From the IMG/VR virus record IMGVR_UViG_3300043447_000138, positions 1 through 49,675 of that record: a DNA stretch of 49,675 nucleotides; one strand, written 5' to 3'. Position numbers and translations under genes: made by a program. Shown here one piece after another: positions 35,251 to 44,197 of this stretch. The notes below the pieces were generated by a model. The model did no database searches and was not told where the DNA came from. It was given only the letters and a program-made list of their open reading frames with translations. The DNA comes from a virus. Lineage: Duplodnaviria > Caudoviricetes. Every line of letters begins with the position of its first letter. Positions within the stretch are counted from its first letter, which is position 1.

Positions 35251-35480
35251 TTGCCTCCTCGTTGTAAAATGTAAAGTAAGCCTAAGTTTTCATCTACCTT
35301 AACGCAATCTTGTGGATATTTGTTTCGGCGCCATTTTGAGTTAACTCGTTTTAGACCAATCATCTTTGGGTTTAGTTTGTCAACAATACCCATAGCGAGT
35401 GAGTTGTGGTCAGCATAAGCAATGATATCGCCAACGGCAAGTACATTACCTAATACATCTTTGTGTTCGATATCACTCAT
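35247..35480 (-). CDS. Hypothetical protein
   Basis: D.LG..L.VGD. Confidence 0.7.
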   Translation of the reverse strand: MSDIEHKDVLGNVLAVGDIIAYADHNSLAMGIVDKLNPKMIGLKRVNSKWRRNKYPQDCVKVDENLGLLYILQRGGK

Positions 35481-35616
35481 GTAATTCTTTCTTCATTCTT
35501 TCTCGCCATTGAATGGCATCTTCCTCGTAATCAAAGTGTGGCGATAGTTCAATGTTTTCATCGTAGTCATCGACCCATACATAAATTTGATCCAAGTCAT
35601 CACATAGTAGTTTCAT
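35473..35616 (-). CDS. Small acidic protein (47 aa)
   Basis: Hand-translated MKLLCDDLDQIYVWVD...ELSPHFDYEEDA. Confidence 0.55.
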   Translation of the reverse strand: MKLLCDDLDQIYVWVDDYDENIELSPHFDYEEDAIQWRERMKKELHE

Positions 35617-35915
35617 AGCCACACCCACTTATTGCGTCTTGTTAAGTATCGATACGAAGCATTTTTTGGCACATACTTGTCCAGAAACTGCCGCTCTACT
35701 TTATGCCATTTTGCTCTGATCGGCGCTGGGGCATGACTACCTAGATAATGTAGTTGGTCGAACATTCTAATCAGGTGCTTGTGATTTCTGTCACAGTCAC
35801 GATAGTATCGGGTGCGACTTTGCCAGTTGTATTCACCCATAGTGTGACCAGTCTGACGAAAGTGCTTGATGGCCCAACGCTTGTTGTAATCTTGCGGTCT
35901 AAACTTAGTGTTCAT
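35613..35915 (-). CDS. Hypothetical basic protein
   Basis: Coupled ORF. Confidence 0.65.
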   Translation of the reverse strand: MNTKFRPQDYNKRWAIKHFRQTGHTMGEYNWQSRTRYYRDCDRNHKHLIRMFDQLHYLGSHAPAPIRAKWHKVERQFLDKYVPKNASYRYLTRRNKWVWL

Positions 35916-36118
35916 TACCAGTTCTCCACGCCAGTGACGGGGATACGAATAGTTGCCTGGCGGCCGTTTACCTCGGTATCAAACTCTACATCAAGTGTAC
36001 TACCGATACCACTACCATCATTGTAGATTAGTTTGACCGCATACTTGATATCATTCTCTTCCATGATCCGTTGAATGATAGCTAGTTCTTCTGGGTTTAG
36101 ATAAATTTCTTTTGTCAT
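35915..36118 (-). CDS. Hypothetical protein
   Basis: SGIG motif; ends ENW. Confidence 0.7.
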   Translation of the reverse strand: MTKEIYLNPEELAIIQRIMEENDIKYAVKLIYNDGSGIGSTLDVEFDTEVNGRQATIRIPVTGVENW

Positions 36119-37119
36119 TTTAATGCTCCTTTGTATGCTTCGTTCAACCACTTAGCATAGAATTGTGCTTGTTCGCTAACTTTATTCAATTCGTACTTGG
36201 AACAGAACTTCATAAAGTGAAAGCCCACGTTGCTAATGTGTTCTGTGCGCAAGCCCTCACGAATACACTCGTCAACTGCTTGCTTGACTTCATCAGGCTG
36301 TGCGGTCAAATCGACCAGTGTCACATTGCGATTGTAGTCGTCAAGCACACGATGCTCCACACCATCTGGGTCTGTCCAGCGATGCAACATCATATTGTTC
36401 CAGTTGAAGCCACGCTTCTCACGATCAGCATACGCTTCGATGAGACCAACAGTCTTCTTAGTTGACTTGGTACGAACGCCAGGATATGCCGAGAACACGT
36501 TGTCGGATGTGTCGCCGCGCATACACTTCTCGAAAAGCACAAACTTAGGGTCACCAAGTGTTTTGTGCTCACCAGTCTTTTTATCTTTGATGGGCTTATC
36601 ACGACCATCAAAGTAGCCTTCGACTGTGATAAACTGATCGTTGATGCCGTTGAACTGCTTGACATTGGGTGCGATCAACTGGGCAAAGTCTGTGTCCGAA
36701 CTGATAATGTAGTGTTCGTCTTCGGGATGTAAATGGATGAAACGTGCGATAATGTCATCCGCTTCTGCTGTAGGGCAACGTAGCACACTAACGTTAGTCT
36801 TGGTCTTGAGGTACTCGACCAGAGCCTCATATGTCTCCCAGTACATCTTGTCTAGTGCTAGTTCTTCATCAGTCAAACCTTGACGCTTGACAGCACGATT
36901 AGCTTTGTAAGGTTTGTAAAAGTCTTTGCGCCATGAGCGGCCCTCAGTACAGAACACAACGTGGCAGTTATCGCCGCCGAAGCGACGAACAACGCTTTGT
37001 ACACTTGTGAATGTAAGGTGTAGACTCATGCCTACTTTTTCTTCGTCAGTACTCATACGACCCGCAACATAGCGAGATTTGAAGAACATATTGGCAGAGT
37101 CGATTAGAATGTAACGCAT
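36115..37119 (-). CDS. rnh: 5'-3' exonuclease / T4-type RNase H
   Basis: LID..N, SWRK..Y..YK.NR, EADD.IA, ISSD.DF.QL, GD.SDNV. Confidence 0.88.
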   Translation of the reverse strand: MRYILIDSANMFFKSRYVAGRMSTDEEKVGMSLHLTFTSVQSVVRRFGGDNCHVVFCTEGRSWRKDFYKPYKANRAVKRQGLTDEELALDKMYWETYEALVEYLKTKTNVSVLRCPTAEADDIIARFIHLHPEDEHYIISSDTDFAQLIAPNVKQFNGINDQFITVEGYFDGRDKPIKDKKTGEHKTLGDPKFVLFEKCMRGDTSDNVFSAYPGVRTKSTKKTVGLIEAYADREKRGFNWNNMMLHRWTDPDGVEHRVLDDYNRNVTLVDLTAQPDEVKQAVDECIREGLRTEHISNVGFHFMKFCSKYELNKVSEQAQFYAKWLNEAYKGALK

Positions 37120-37127
37120 GATTAGAA

Positions 37128-37177
37128 AGGTGCTGTAAATATATGACTATTATACAGCACCTCTAGGTTGTTGTCAA
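37128..37177 (-). promoter_or_regulatory. Promoter overlapped by a 10-bp inverted repeat
   Basis: TTGACA-17-TATAAT; AGGTGCTGTA/TACAGCACCT arms. Confidence 0.7.
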
Positions 37178-37188
37178 TTCAAAATGGA

Positions 37189-37602
37189 TCAACTGAATTC
37201 GGATCGGCCGCTGTCAAGTGGTCTGCGATTTGAGGGCGGGCGTACATCATCATAGGCTCGGGCGGTAAGGTCGGCATTTTGTTGTTCGTAGACCTCAAGT
37301 GCGATATTGCGGCAAACGGTTTGGAACCATCTGTCCACGATAGTGCTATCCTCTTCGTCAGGCTTGATTTGATATCCTGCTCGGACTAGGTTTGCCACGA
37401 ACTTGTCATTCCAATCCAATTCAAATGAGCCACTGTTGATATTGTTTGGATCAACATCTACCTTTAGAATCGAGATATACGGCTCACCTGCGGCGGTTGC
37501 TTTTTCCTTCTCAGTTAGCTCTGCCTTTTTCTCACGCTTCTTAGGCGCTTCTTGCTTTGGTTGTTCTTTCTTCTTGAACAAGTTTTTTAGTTTATCAAAC
37601 AT
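37189..37602 (-). CDS. Conserved phage protein
   Basis: EP...G.FELDWN..F...L...GY...IVD.WF...C. Confidence 0.75.
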   Translation of the reverse strand: MFDKLKNLFKKKEQPKQEAPKKREKKAELTEKEKATAAGEPYISILKVDVDPNNINSGSFELDWNDKFVANLVRAGYQIKPDEEDSTIVDRWFQTVCRNIALEVYEQQNADLTARAYDDVRPPSNRRPLDSGRSEFS

Positions 37603-38059
37603 CTTTTACCTCTATCCATGTGTAATCACCAAGCCATTGAACTTGTGTGATGTATTCGTAACTCTCTGGCTTACCCGTGAACCAATCATTAGGTCCATGT
37701 ATTGCCAGTCTTGTGCCGTTAATCTTTGTGTCGTATAAGAGCCAGTATTTATTGCCAGGATACAACTTGAAATCATATTTCGCGGCGTGTACTTGGTCAG
37801 TGATATCAAGACGGTGTTTTATTTCTTGTGCTTGCTTTTGTAGCACCGCCACTAAGTCCATGATTCTGTTGTACTCTTGCTGAGCATGGAGTCTGGCGGC
37901 ATTAATCATCAAGTCTTTTTGCTGAGTAACAGGCACTAAGTCAAACTTAACGCCTTGCTCAGTCGGATACTCACTGACGTTTCTGTTAAAGAAGTGAATC
38001 AGTGAGCCTGTTGATGTGCTGTCGTAACTGTTTACGCCGTTTGCTGAGTTAGTAGACAT
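37595..38059 (-). CDS. DUF2452-like protein
   Basis: L..QA..I..R......V..A...F....G..YWL...GP..W...L.D.TW. Confidence 0.7.
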   Translation of the reverse strand: MSTNSANGVNSYDSTSTGSLIHFFNRNVSEYPTEQGVKFDLVPVTQQKDLMINAARLHAQQEYNRIMDLVAVLQKQAQEIKHRLDITDQVHAAKYDFKLYPGNKYWLLYDTKINGTRLAIHGPNDWFTGKPESYEYITQVQWLGDYTWIEVKDV

Positions 38060-38288
38060 TTTTGCTCTTTAGTGACTTGCGAACCTTGCTAGTTCTGCGT
38101 CTTGATTCTGTTACAAGATAGTTAGTCAGTTTCTCTGGCCATCTAGCAAATAAGAAGGGCAAGATAGCGTGAATTGTGCCCATGACTGCTAGTAAAAATT
38201 GTATGCCGGCAACCCATAACCCGAACCGTAAGTGTTCGATGTAGCCTTCGCCTACTTCTTGTAAGTGTTTAAAATTTAGTATGTTCAT
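38049..38288 (-). CDS. DUF6356-like small membrane protein
   Basis: HL..VGE.Y..H..F...IHA..PFLF. Confidence 0.75.
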   Translation of the reverse strand: MNILNFKHLQEVGEGYIEHLRFGLWVAGIQFLLAVMGTIHAILPFLFARWPEKLTNYLVTESRRRTSKVRKSLKSKNVY

Positions 38289-38529
38289 AAGTTATTAGCC
38301 ATAGTAAGTGATATTTGGGGTGATGATACTTATGCTCGACAACAGGATCACCAGGACCTGTCCATATAGCGGTACCACGCTCCGCCCATTGTAACCACAG
38401 CCGCTTGCCAGTTAGATTACATCGCTTGGGTAGTATGACGAATACTGTTTCCCAATGCGCTCTGCCGTAGAAACTAGCGAAGTGAATTATGTCACCGCTA
38501 GCCTTGTATTGTTCATACCAATATGTCAT
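38269..38529 (-). CDS. Trp-rich hypothetical protein (second array family)
   Basis: W...F...P.RC..TG..LWL..A. Confidence 0.7.
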   Translation of the reverse strand: MTYWYEQYKASGDIIHFASFYGRAHWETVFVILPKRCNLTGKRLWLQWAERGTAIWTGPGDPVVEHKYHHPKYHLLWLITYEHTKF

Positions 38530-38732
38530 GCCCACCTTAATGCGAATAGTGTTGCTTCAAACTCATGCTTGAACACATATCTATCGCCTATTATAACATA
38601 GTCCTTCTCGCTTTGGCAATTTTCTTTTAACCATTTTCTACGGGCTTTGAATGTTTCCATCTCGTTGGCCTTGTCTAGTTTAGGCAACTCGATTTCATAC
38701 GGCCAGTATCGCTTGTTTAGTATTCTAGGCAT
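38526..38732 (-). CDS. LRW-family protein
   Basis: WLKENC...FKHEFEATLFALRWA. Confidence 0.75.
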   Translation of the reverse strand: MPRILNKRYWPYEIELPKLDKANEMETFKARRKWLKENCQSEKDYVIIGDRYVFKHEFEATLFALRWA

Positions 38733-38938
38733 TATGACCACCTCAATACTAACAGTGTGTAAAGTTCTTCACTCATATCGAATACGTTAAAGTTGACCAT
38801 CCAGTTTTGATCTATGTTTTGATGCCAATCGATATCTTCTAGCTCAGCAAATTGCTGTCTGAACCAGATACTAGCCTGCCGAGTACAACTGACAGTGTGC
38901 CACTTTGTGCCGTCTACAATTGCACTTTCTAATATCAT
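38732..38938 (-). CDS. LRW-family protein
   Basis: DMSEELYTLLVLRWS. Confidence 0.7.
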   Translation of the reverse strand: MILESAIVDGTKWHTVSCTRQASIWFRQQFAELEDIDWHQNIDQNWMVNFNVFDMSEELYTLLVLRWS

Positions 38939-39201
38939 TACGTCCATCTTAATATGAATAAGGTTCTGTGTGCTTCATCTTTTACTCGCCATAAGTTGAC
39001 ATTGAATAGTCGTTGTGCCATAGCATCACTAGCGTCACGAGCATATACTTCTACTACTATGCCGTTCTCTGCGCACCAGCGTAGCACTTCACTCTGATAC
39101 TTGTTAGGTACCATAATATCACGAGCATCACCGACTAGTTTCAAGCCATGCCGCTCAGCAAAAACTTTTGTGCCTGGTAGCGGTGTCAACGGCGACCCCA
39201 C
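38938..39201 (-). CDS. LRW-family protein
   Basis: WCAENG...VKDEAHRTLFILRWT. Confidence 0.7.
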   Translation of the reverse strand: MGSPLTPLPGTKVFAERHGLKLVGDARDIMVPNKYQSEVLRWCAENGIVVEVYARDASDAMAQRLFNVNLWRVKDEAHRTLFILRWT

Positions 39202-39371
39202 ATACCTACACGTGAGTAACCTAACTCACGCTTGATTTCTTTTCTGTCATCGCCATCGAACTCAGCAAGATCAGGATAAGGTCGACTGCGCTCACGCTTG
39301 TAGCGTTTTGCTTCACGCTCTAGGCGTTCCATGTCTTCTGGTGTTGCTCTTGGAATTTTATGCTTTTTCAT
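39186..39371 (-). CDS. Hypothetical basic protein within LRW array
   Basis: Starts in exact junction repeat. Confidence 0.65.
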   Translation of the reverse strand: MKKHKIPRATPEDMERLEREAKRYKRERSRPYPDLAEFDGDDRKEIKRELGYSRVGMWGRR

Positions 39372-39550
39372 GCCCACCTCAAATAATAAATCGTTGCGTC
39401 ACATTCACGGACGTTGTATATTATATCATCTTGACCTAGTTGCCACAAGTCCCAATTCGTCCAATCTTGAGCATCAGGACAGTTTGCTTTGATCCATTCA
39501 CAGCGTTCCCACCATGTGATGCGGTCAGTGATAACAAGTGTTTCTCTCAC
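39368..39550 (-). CDS. LRW-family protein
   Basis: WIKANC...ECDATIYYLRWA. Confidence 0.7.
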   Translation of the reverse strand: MRETLVITDRITWWERCEWIKANCPDAQDWTNWDLWQLGQDDIIYNVRECDATIYYLRWA

Positions 39551-39552
39551 TG

Positions 39553-39837
39553 CTATCTCAACGTCTTTGATTGATACACTAACAAGTCAAAAGCAGTAGC
39601 ATACTGTACATGTGGCTCCATGTGAAAGCCTGTGCCCCACATGATCCACACTCTACGCTTATATGCTTTTACCCAGAACAATGGCGTACCCATGACCGAC
39701 TTTGTTGGCCACCATATGAACGTTTCAGTCCATGGGTAACAGTCGGCGCCGTCTTCGATGATTGTGTATTCCACGTTGTCTTTCAACTTTCTGTACCTCT
39801 TGTTGTCACCAATGCTTCTGTTCCAAAGTATCTTCAT
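39553..39837 (-). CDS. Trp-rich hypothetical protein (second array family; TAG stop)
   Basis: W...F.WWP.KS..G..LFW..AY. Confidence 0.7.
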   Translation of the reverse strand: MKILWNRSIGDNKRYRKLKDNVEYTIIEDGADCYPWTETFIWWPTKSVMGTPLFWVKAYKRRVWIMWGTGFHMEPHVQYATAFDLLVYQSKTLR

Positions 39838-40076
39838 GACCACTTGAGTAAGAAGATGGTATATAAGTTATCATCAATGATTTCGTATCGTTCAATCTGG
39901 CCGTAATCGTGACTCAAGTGTACACGCAAGCCGTAATTGGTTTCTAGGTAATGTAAGTGTGAGTCGATTTTTGGATTGCCAGAAACATAACGCTCAGTAC
40001 CCGTTAAGAACCCCGTATCAGGGCCCTCATGGCGATACTGTTTCTGTACCATTTTTATTACTGCTTGTAAGTTCAT
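39834..40076 (-). CDS. LRW-family protein
   Basis: IIDDNLYTIFLLKWS. Confidence 0.7.
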   Translation of the reverse strand: MNLQAVIKMVQKQYRHEGPDTGFLTGTERYVSGNPKIDSHLHYLETNYGLRVHLSHDYGQIERYEIIDDNLYTIFLLKWS

Positions 40077-40324
40077 GCCCACCTCAATGCGAATAATACA
40101 GCGACCGTTTCATCTCTAAAGAAGTAGATGCTTCTATGATTAGCGTCCATCAACGAATCACCAGCATACACATAAGCATCATAATCATCATCAGCACCAG
40201 GGCAATGCTCGGACAACCAAGACGGCAAATAAATAATCTTATCATAGAAATCTTTAGGAGACTGGATAACAACCGCATGCCAATCTTCAACAGTCTCGTA
40301 TAGATGACCTTTGTATCGCTTCAT
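40073..40324 (-). CDS. LRW-family protein
   Basis: WLSEHC...FRDETVAVLFALRWA. Confidence 0.75.
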   Translation of the reverse strand: MKRYKGHLYETVEDWHAVVIQSPKDFYDKIIYLPSWLSEHCPGADDDYDAYVYAGDSLMDANHRSIYFFRDETVAVLFALRWA

Positions 40325-40575
40325 GCCCACCTCAATAAAAATAAATTCAAGTCGCCATCGTTTCTGAACCAGAACTTAGCATTGTTTACATACCATCGCA
40401 TATTGGGTGTCCATACACCATCAGGTGCGGTAGCGCCAAATGTTTCTACACACCAACCAATCATCTTGTCCCACTCTTGATTATGACCAAAGTAATGAAT
40501 AGAGGGGTCGAATACAGGCTTGGCACAATAGTACCTACTGCCATATACTCTGCCCTCATCAATATCTACAGTCAT
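40321..40575 (-). CDS. LRW-family protein
   Basis: WCVETFG...RW...FRNDGDLNLFLLRWA. Confidence 0.75.
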   Translation of the reverse strand: MTVDIDEGRVYGSRYYCAKPVFDPSIHYFGHNQEWDKMIGWCVETFGATAPDGVWTPNMRWYVNNAKFWFRNDGDLNLFLLRWA

Positions 40576-40660
40576 TCAACCATCAAGATAAGAAACGATA
40601 GAAACAATGCCCAGCCAAGGTGACCCAGAAATACCAATAGTATCACGCCAATCCATGCCA

Positions 40661-41695
40661 TCATTTTACTCCTAAACTTTCATACAATGCTTGTGAGGCA
40701 AGGTTCTTGCCTTTTGACTCGCACATGATATCGCTATGTTCTAAGAATGATAGAGCATAGTCGTTGGCTGCCTTGTTAGGGTAGAAGTCAGAGTGAGCAC
40801 GTAGCTTCTGCTTCTTGTGACCACTTTCAAGAAGGGTCTTCATATCAGGTAGAGCATCATGCTTGAAGTCAACAGGCAGATGTTCATCACGACTGTATGA
40901 GTAGTGTAGCACAGGACGAACGCCGCGCCATGAATCAATCACACGCTTATATCTATCGTCGGTGGGCTGAATGTATGTACCTTCACGGCACCAGTGATGG
41001 TGTATGTCGAGTACAATGGCACAATGGTCTGCGAGTTCGATTGCTGAGTCAATGCCCCAGGCGTTTTCTTCGTTCTCGATTGTGATTGTGTTTCGTGCTT
41101 CTGGTGACATGCGAGATAAAGCTCGGATAACACCTTGCGGACCTTGTTTACCTGAGATATGAACATTGATTTTGAAATCCTGAAATGTTTTACCATAGCC
41201 CATCATACGAGCCATGTCTACGTGATACTCGAACTCTTCTATAGAATTAGCAACGATACCAGGATTATCGCTAGCCAACACACAAAACTGCCCAGGGTGA
41301 AAAGACAGGCGTACTTGCTTGTTACGTCCAATATCACCCACTCTCGCAAAGTTAGCTCCGAGGAAAGCTCGAACGTCAGAACGCTGATAAAAATAACTCC
41401 AGTCCCGATGAGTGTACACAGGAAGAATATCACTGCTAAGTCTAAGCATACGTTGAGCAAGGGGGAGGTCTCCTACACGATCTACAAGCATACGCACTGC
41501 TTCTAAGTTGGTCTTCATAATTGACCATAGCTTTTCTTCAGCGATATCTTTGCTTTGTCTATTTAGCCAGGCAACTGTAGTAGTACCCGTGTTGTATTTT
41601 TTAGCATCGTCTTTAGCACCGATGCCATCCACCTGATGGGGATGGTCGATCCATTTACAAGCGAAGCCAATTTTGGGTGTAGTATGTGTAGTCAT
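40661..41695 (-). CDS. uvsE: UV-damage endonuclease (UvsE/UVDE)
   Basis: IGFAC, RLSSD.LP, RLSFHPGQF..LAS, N.H, IEN.E, LD.HHH, H.S, AHSD, M.E.K.K. Confidence 0.92.
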   Translation of the reverse strand: MTTHTTPKIGFACKWIDHPHQVDGIGAKDDAKKYNTGTTTVAWLNRQSKDIAEEKLWSIMKTNLEAVRMLVDRVGDLPLAQRMLRLSSDILPVYTHRDWSYFYQRSDVRAFLGANFARVGDIGRNKQVRLSFHPGQFCVLASDNPGIVANSIEEFEYHVDMARMMGYGKTFQDFKINVHISGKQGPQGVIRALSRMSPEARNTITIENEENAWGIDSAIELADHCAIVLDIHHHWCREGTYIQPTDDRYKRVIDSWRGVRPVLHYSYSRDEHLPVDFKHDALPDMKTLLESGHKKQKLRAHSDFYPNKAANDYALSFLEHSDIMCESKGKNLASQALYESLGVK

Positions 41696-41728
41696 AGTTG
41701 GTATTATACTACCTCCCATAGGTTTAGG

Positions 41729-42205
41729 TCAAGTGGTTTTGGTTTTCTTGCTGAGTTCAGCTTCGGCCACTCGTTTCCTGAGGCTGGAGCTAGAGAATGA
41801 ATGGTCACGACTGTTGAAGATACACTTGATATTACGATCGGTACACTCTTTACGACCAGAGAAATCTTGACTCTGATACTCTACACCTAGGATGCGAACA
41901 TCTAACGGTAGAATAAGAATCAAGTCTCTGAGGTCTTGCTCAGTTTGATAAACAACGATTTCATCAACAAATCGGCAAGCACTTAGTTGAATCTGGCGCT
42001 CTACTACCGACTGAATAGGTTTGTTCTTAGTATCAGGACGATCAATCGTTGGGTCTGTTTGTAAGCCAGCGATCAAGTAGTCACAATGATTTTTAGCTTC
42101 ACTCAACATAGCGATATGACCAGCGTGTAGCATATCGAATGTAGAGAATGTAATGCCAATGGTCTTGCCTTGGTCTTTTAGTTCTTTAATTTTATTGAAA
42201 ATCAT
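41729..42205 (-). CDS. Cytidylyltransferase (TagD-like)
   Basis: FDMLHAGH (HxGH), KP......ER, VDE, R.H..SSS.LR. Confidence 0.88.
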   Translation of the reverse strand: MIFNKIKELKDQGKTIGITFSTFDMLHAGHIAMLSEAKNHCDYLIAGLQTDPTIDRPDTKNKPIQSVVERQIQLSACRFVDEIVVYQTEQDLRDLILILPLDVRILGVEYQSQDFSGRKECTDRNIKCIFNSRDHSFSSSSLRKRVAEAELSKKTKTT

Positions 42206-42423
42206 ACAGGGTATTCGATGTGAAAAATCTCTACTTTGTTACCTTTGAGTAACTGTACTGTTTGTTCTTCTTGTGCGTCATCTAAGGTAGAGTATACGCC
42301 CGTACCTAACAAAGTCCCGTTGATAGTCGCACCAGGACCAGCTAGAGAGAATAACCCTGTAGATGATTTCTGTACTACGAAATATAAGTCGTAGTATGTT
42401 GGACGATCAACGGGCTTGGTCAT
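42202..42423 (-). CDS. Hypothetical protein
   Basis: Coupled ORF. Confidence 0.6.
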   Translation of the reverse strand: MTKPVDRPTYYDLYFVVQKSSTGLFSLAGPGATINGTLLGTGVYSTLDDAQEEQTVQLLKGNKVEIFHIEYPV

Positions 42424-42644
42424 TAGATGTTACATCCTAGCTTACGAGCGTCATCAGCCCATTGATCCTTGAAGTTCTTACCTGCGGAGTACTTCGAGAA
42501 TTGTTGAAATGCGTAACTACGCATATCATAGAGTGATGATTCATCGAACTTGTAACCATAGTCGATACAGAATTCACGATAGAGTTCTAAGTCGTTTAGA
42601 ATCTGACGGACTTTAGGGTTAGGAGCGAATGTAGGTTTTGCCAT
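42423..42644 (-). CDS. Conserved phage protein
   Basis: DLE.YR.FC...GY.FDE..LY. Confidence 0.7.
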   Translation of the reverse strand: MAKPTFAPNPKVRQILNDLELYREFCIDYGYKFDESSLYDMRSYAFQQFSKYSAGKNFKDQWADDARKLGCNI

Positions 42645-42656
42645 TTTGATTTCCTT

Positions 42657-43016
42657 TTAAATAGCGATTGTTAAGTTAGGTTTGTATAGATAGTAATTTT
42701 TCGTGAAGCTAATGCCAGTGTCACGATTGTAAGCACTGATAGTAATATCACGCTCTGAGTGTACTCTGCCAATGACAAGATAAATGCCATCACAGAGTTC
42801 CTCAAAGGAGGGCGTAGTTTCTTTATCTAGTGAGTCCAGATAATTAACTACAGATTCGCGGACTGTTTGAAAGTCAATAGTGTCGCCGGTCTTGGCTGCT
42901 AAGTCAAACATAAATTCGATACCTGAAAAGTCCATAGTGATGCCATAGAACTTCTCGGCTGCGGTGATTACACGGGCTCGTTGCTCTGCTAGAGCCATCT
43001 CACGTTGTTCACTCAT
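42657..43016 (-). CDS. Hypothetical protein
   Basis: Coupled ORF. Confidence 0.6.
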   Translation of the reverse strand: MSEQREMALAEQRARVITAAEKFYGITMDFSGIEFMFDLAAKTGDTIDFQTVRESVVNYLDSLDKETTPSFEELCDGIYLVIGRVHSERDITISAYNRDTGISFTKNYYLYKPNLTIAI

Positions 43017-43396
43017 TGTTGTTCCTTTGTTTTGTGTGCTTTTGCTAGGGTGACTAATAGTTCAAACTCTTCAATCTTTTCGGCTAGACTCTTACTAGCA
43101 TCCTCTAATTGAGGATACTGTTCAACAATCTTAGAACGTGCGTGTTCTTCGTCACGCTTTTGTCTTGCCCAGTTGAGTAAGGATTCTGCTTCGTAAGATA
43201 GATTGATAGTAGCATGAGAACCATGTAAGACGATCCAGCTTTGACCATCATAGACTTTGATACATTGTGCTTCTAGGTCATACATCATAGCGCCTTGCAT
43301 ATGATTAGATAAGCCGTAGTTTCTAGCGAGACCGCCTGTTGAGCCGCCGCCCATAACTTCAATGTATCTGCCATTACTGTTGATCGTCTTAATCAT
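43013..43396 (-). CDS. Hypothetical protein
   Basis: VYDG..W...LL.WA..K. Confidence 0.7.
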   Translation of the reverse strand: MIKTINSNGRYIEVMGGGSTGGLARNYGLSNHMQGAMMYDLEAQCIKVYDGQSWIVLHGSHATINLSYEAESLLNWARQKRDEEHARSKIVEQYPQLEDASKSLAEKIEEFELLVTLAKAHKTKEQQ

Positions 43397-43399
43397 TGC

Positions 43400-44131
43400 T
43401 TAGCGTTGTTGTGCTGGTAGTAAGTATTCGTATTCAGCAATACCGCTGTCAACGGTAATCTTCATAGCGCCTTGGTCACTGATGTAAACCTTCTTGTCGC
43501 CTTGTAGATCCATGATTGATAGGAACTGCTTAACTGGCCATGCCCAGCCTTTTGATAGGGTGCCTTGAACTGCTGGTTCGAAAATAAAGTTACCACTGTG
43601 TGATGATACGTCACCGAAGTAAACTTTTAGGTCGCCCTTCTCAGTCTTAGTAACGAATGTTGTTTCTTCGTTGTTAGCAGTAGCTTGACGCTTCATACGC
43701 TGAATGTTAGCAACTTGCGGTGCGAACTCTACGTTCCAGGTAGCGCCAGCGAACTTGACTGCCTTGACTTTTTCTTCTACGATGCCTTGACTCATTAAGC
43801 GATAGTCGTTAACGAAGTCGCCCTTCTTAGTAGCAAAGTGAATGTAGCTAGGTACTTGCTCACCGTCACGATCTTGTGTTTTCATTTCAACAACTGCGTC
43901 GGTCTCATAGTCTTCGAAACTTAGAATCGTGCGCAACTTGCTTAGGTTAGGCAAGCCGTATGTGCCGATGAATTCGGCGTGTGGTGTTTTGAACTTACCG
44001 CTAACGATGACTGTACGGTCATCAGCGATAGCATTGATTTTAGTCTCATTGCTGTCGCCTGTTACTTTGATAAGGTCAACGAAGCCCATTTGATTAGTAT
44101 GGGCGATAAGGTCTTGTAAGTGATCTTTCAT
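43400..44131 (-). CDS. Probable DNA polymerase sliding clamp (gp45-like)
   Basis: 243 aa next to DNA polymerase; ends IS..G.M.I.VDSG...Y.Y.LPA; call rests on size, context and clamp-like C-terminus. Confidence 0.65.
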   Translation of the reverse strand: MKDHLQDLIAHTNQMGFVDLIKVTGDSNETKINAIADDRTVIVSGKFKTPHAEFIGTYGLPNLSKLRTILSFEDYETDAVVEMKTQDRDGEQVPSYIHFATKKGDFVNDYRLMSQGIVEEKVKAVKFAGATWNVEFAPQVANIQRMKRQATANNEETTFVTKTEKGDLKVYFGDVSSHSGNFIFEPAVQGTLSKGWAWPVKQFLSIMDLQGDKKVYISDQGAMKITVDSGIAEYEYLLPAQQR

Positions 44132-44197
44132 TTGAATTTCCTTTAATAGTATTAATTATACATGAGTTGATAGATTAGTCAACATTTTTTGGATGAA

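Noticed and set aside
22944-40575. CRISPR array or integron for the 15-bp junction repeats
   Set aside because: Spacing is gene-sized, the repeat is coding and non-palindromic, there is no attC-like structure, and no cas or integrase gene is in the window.
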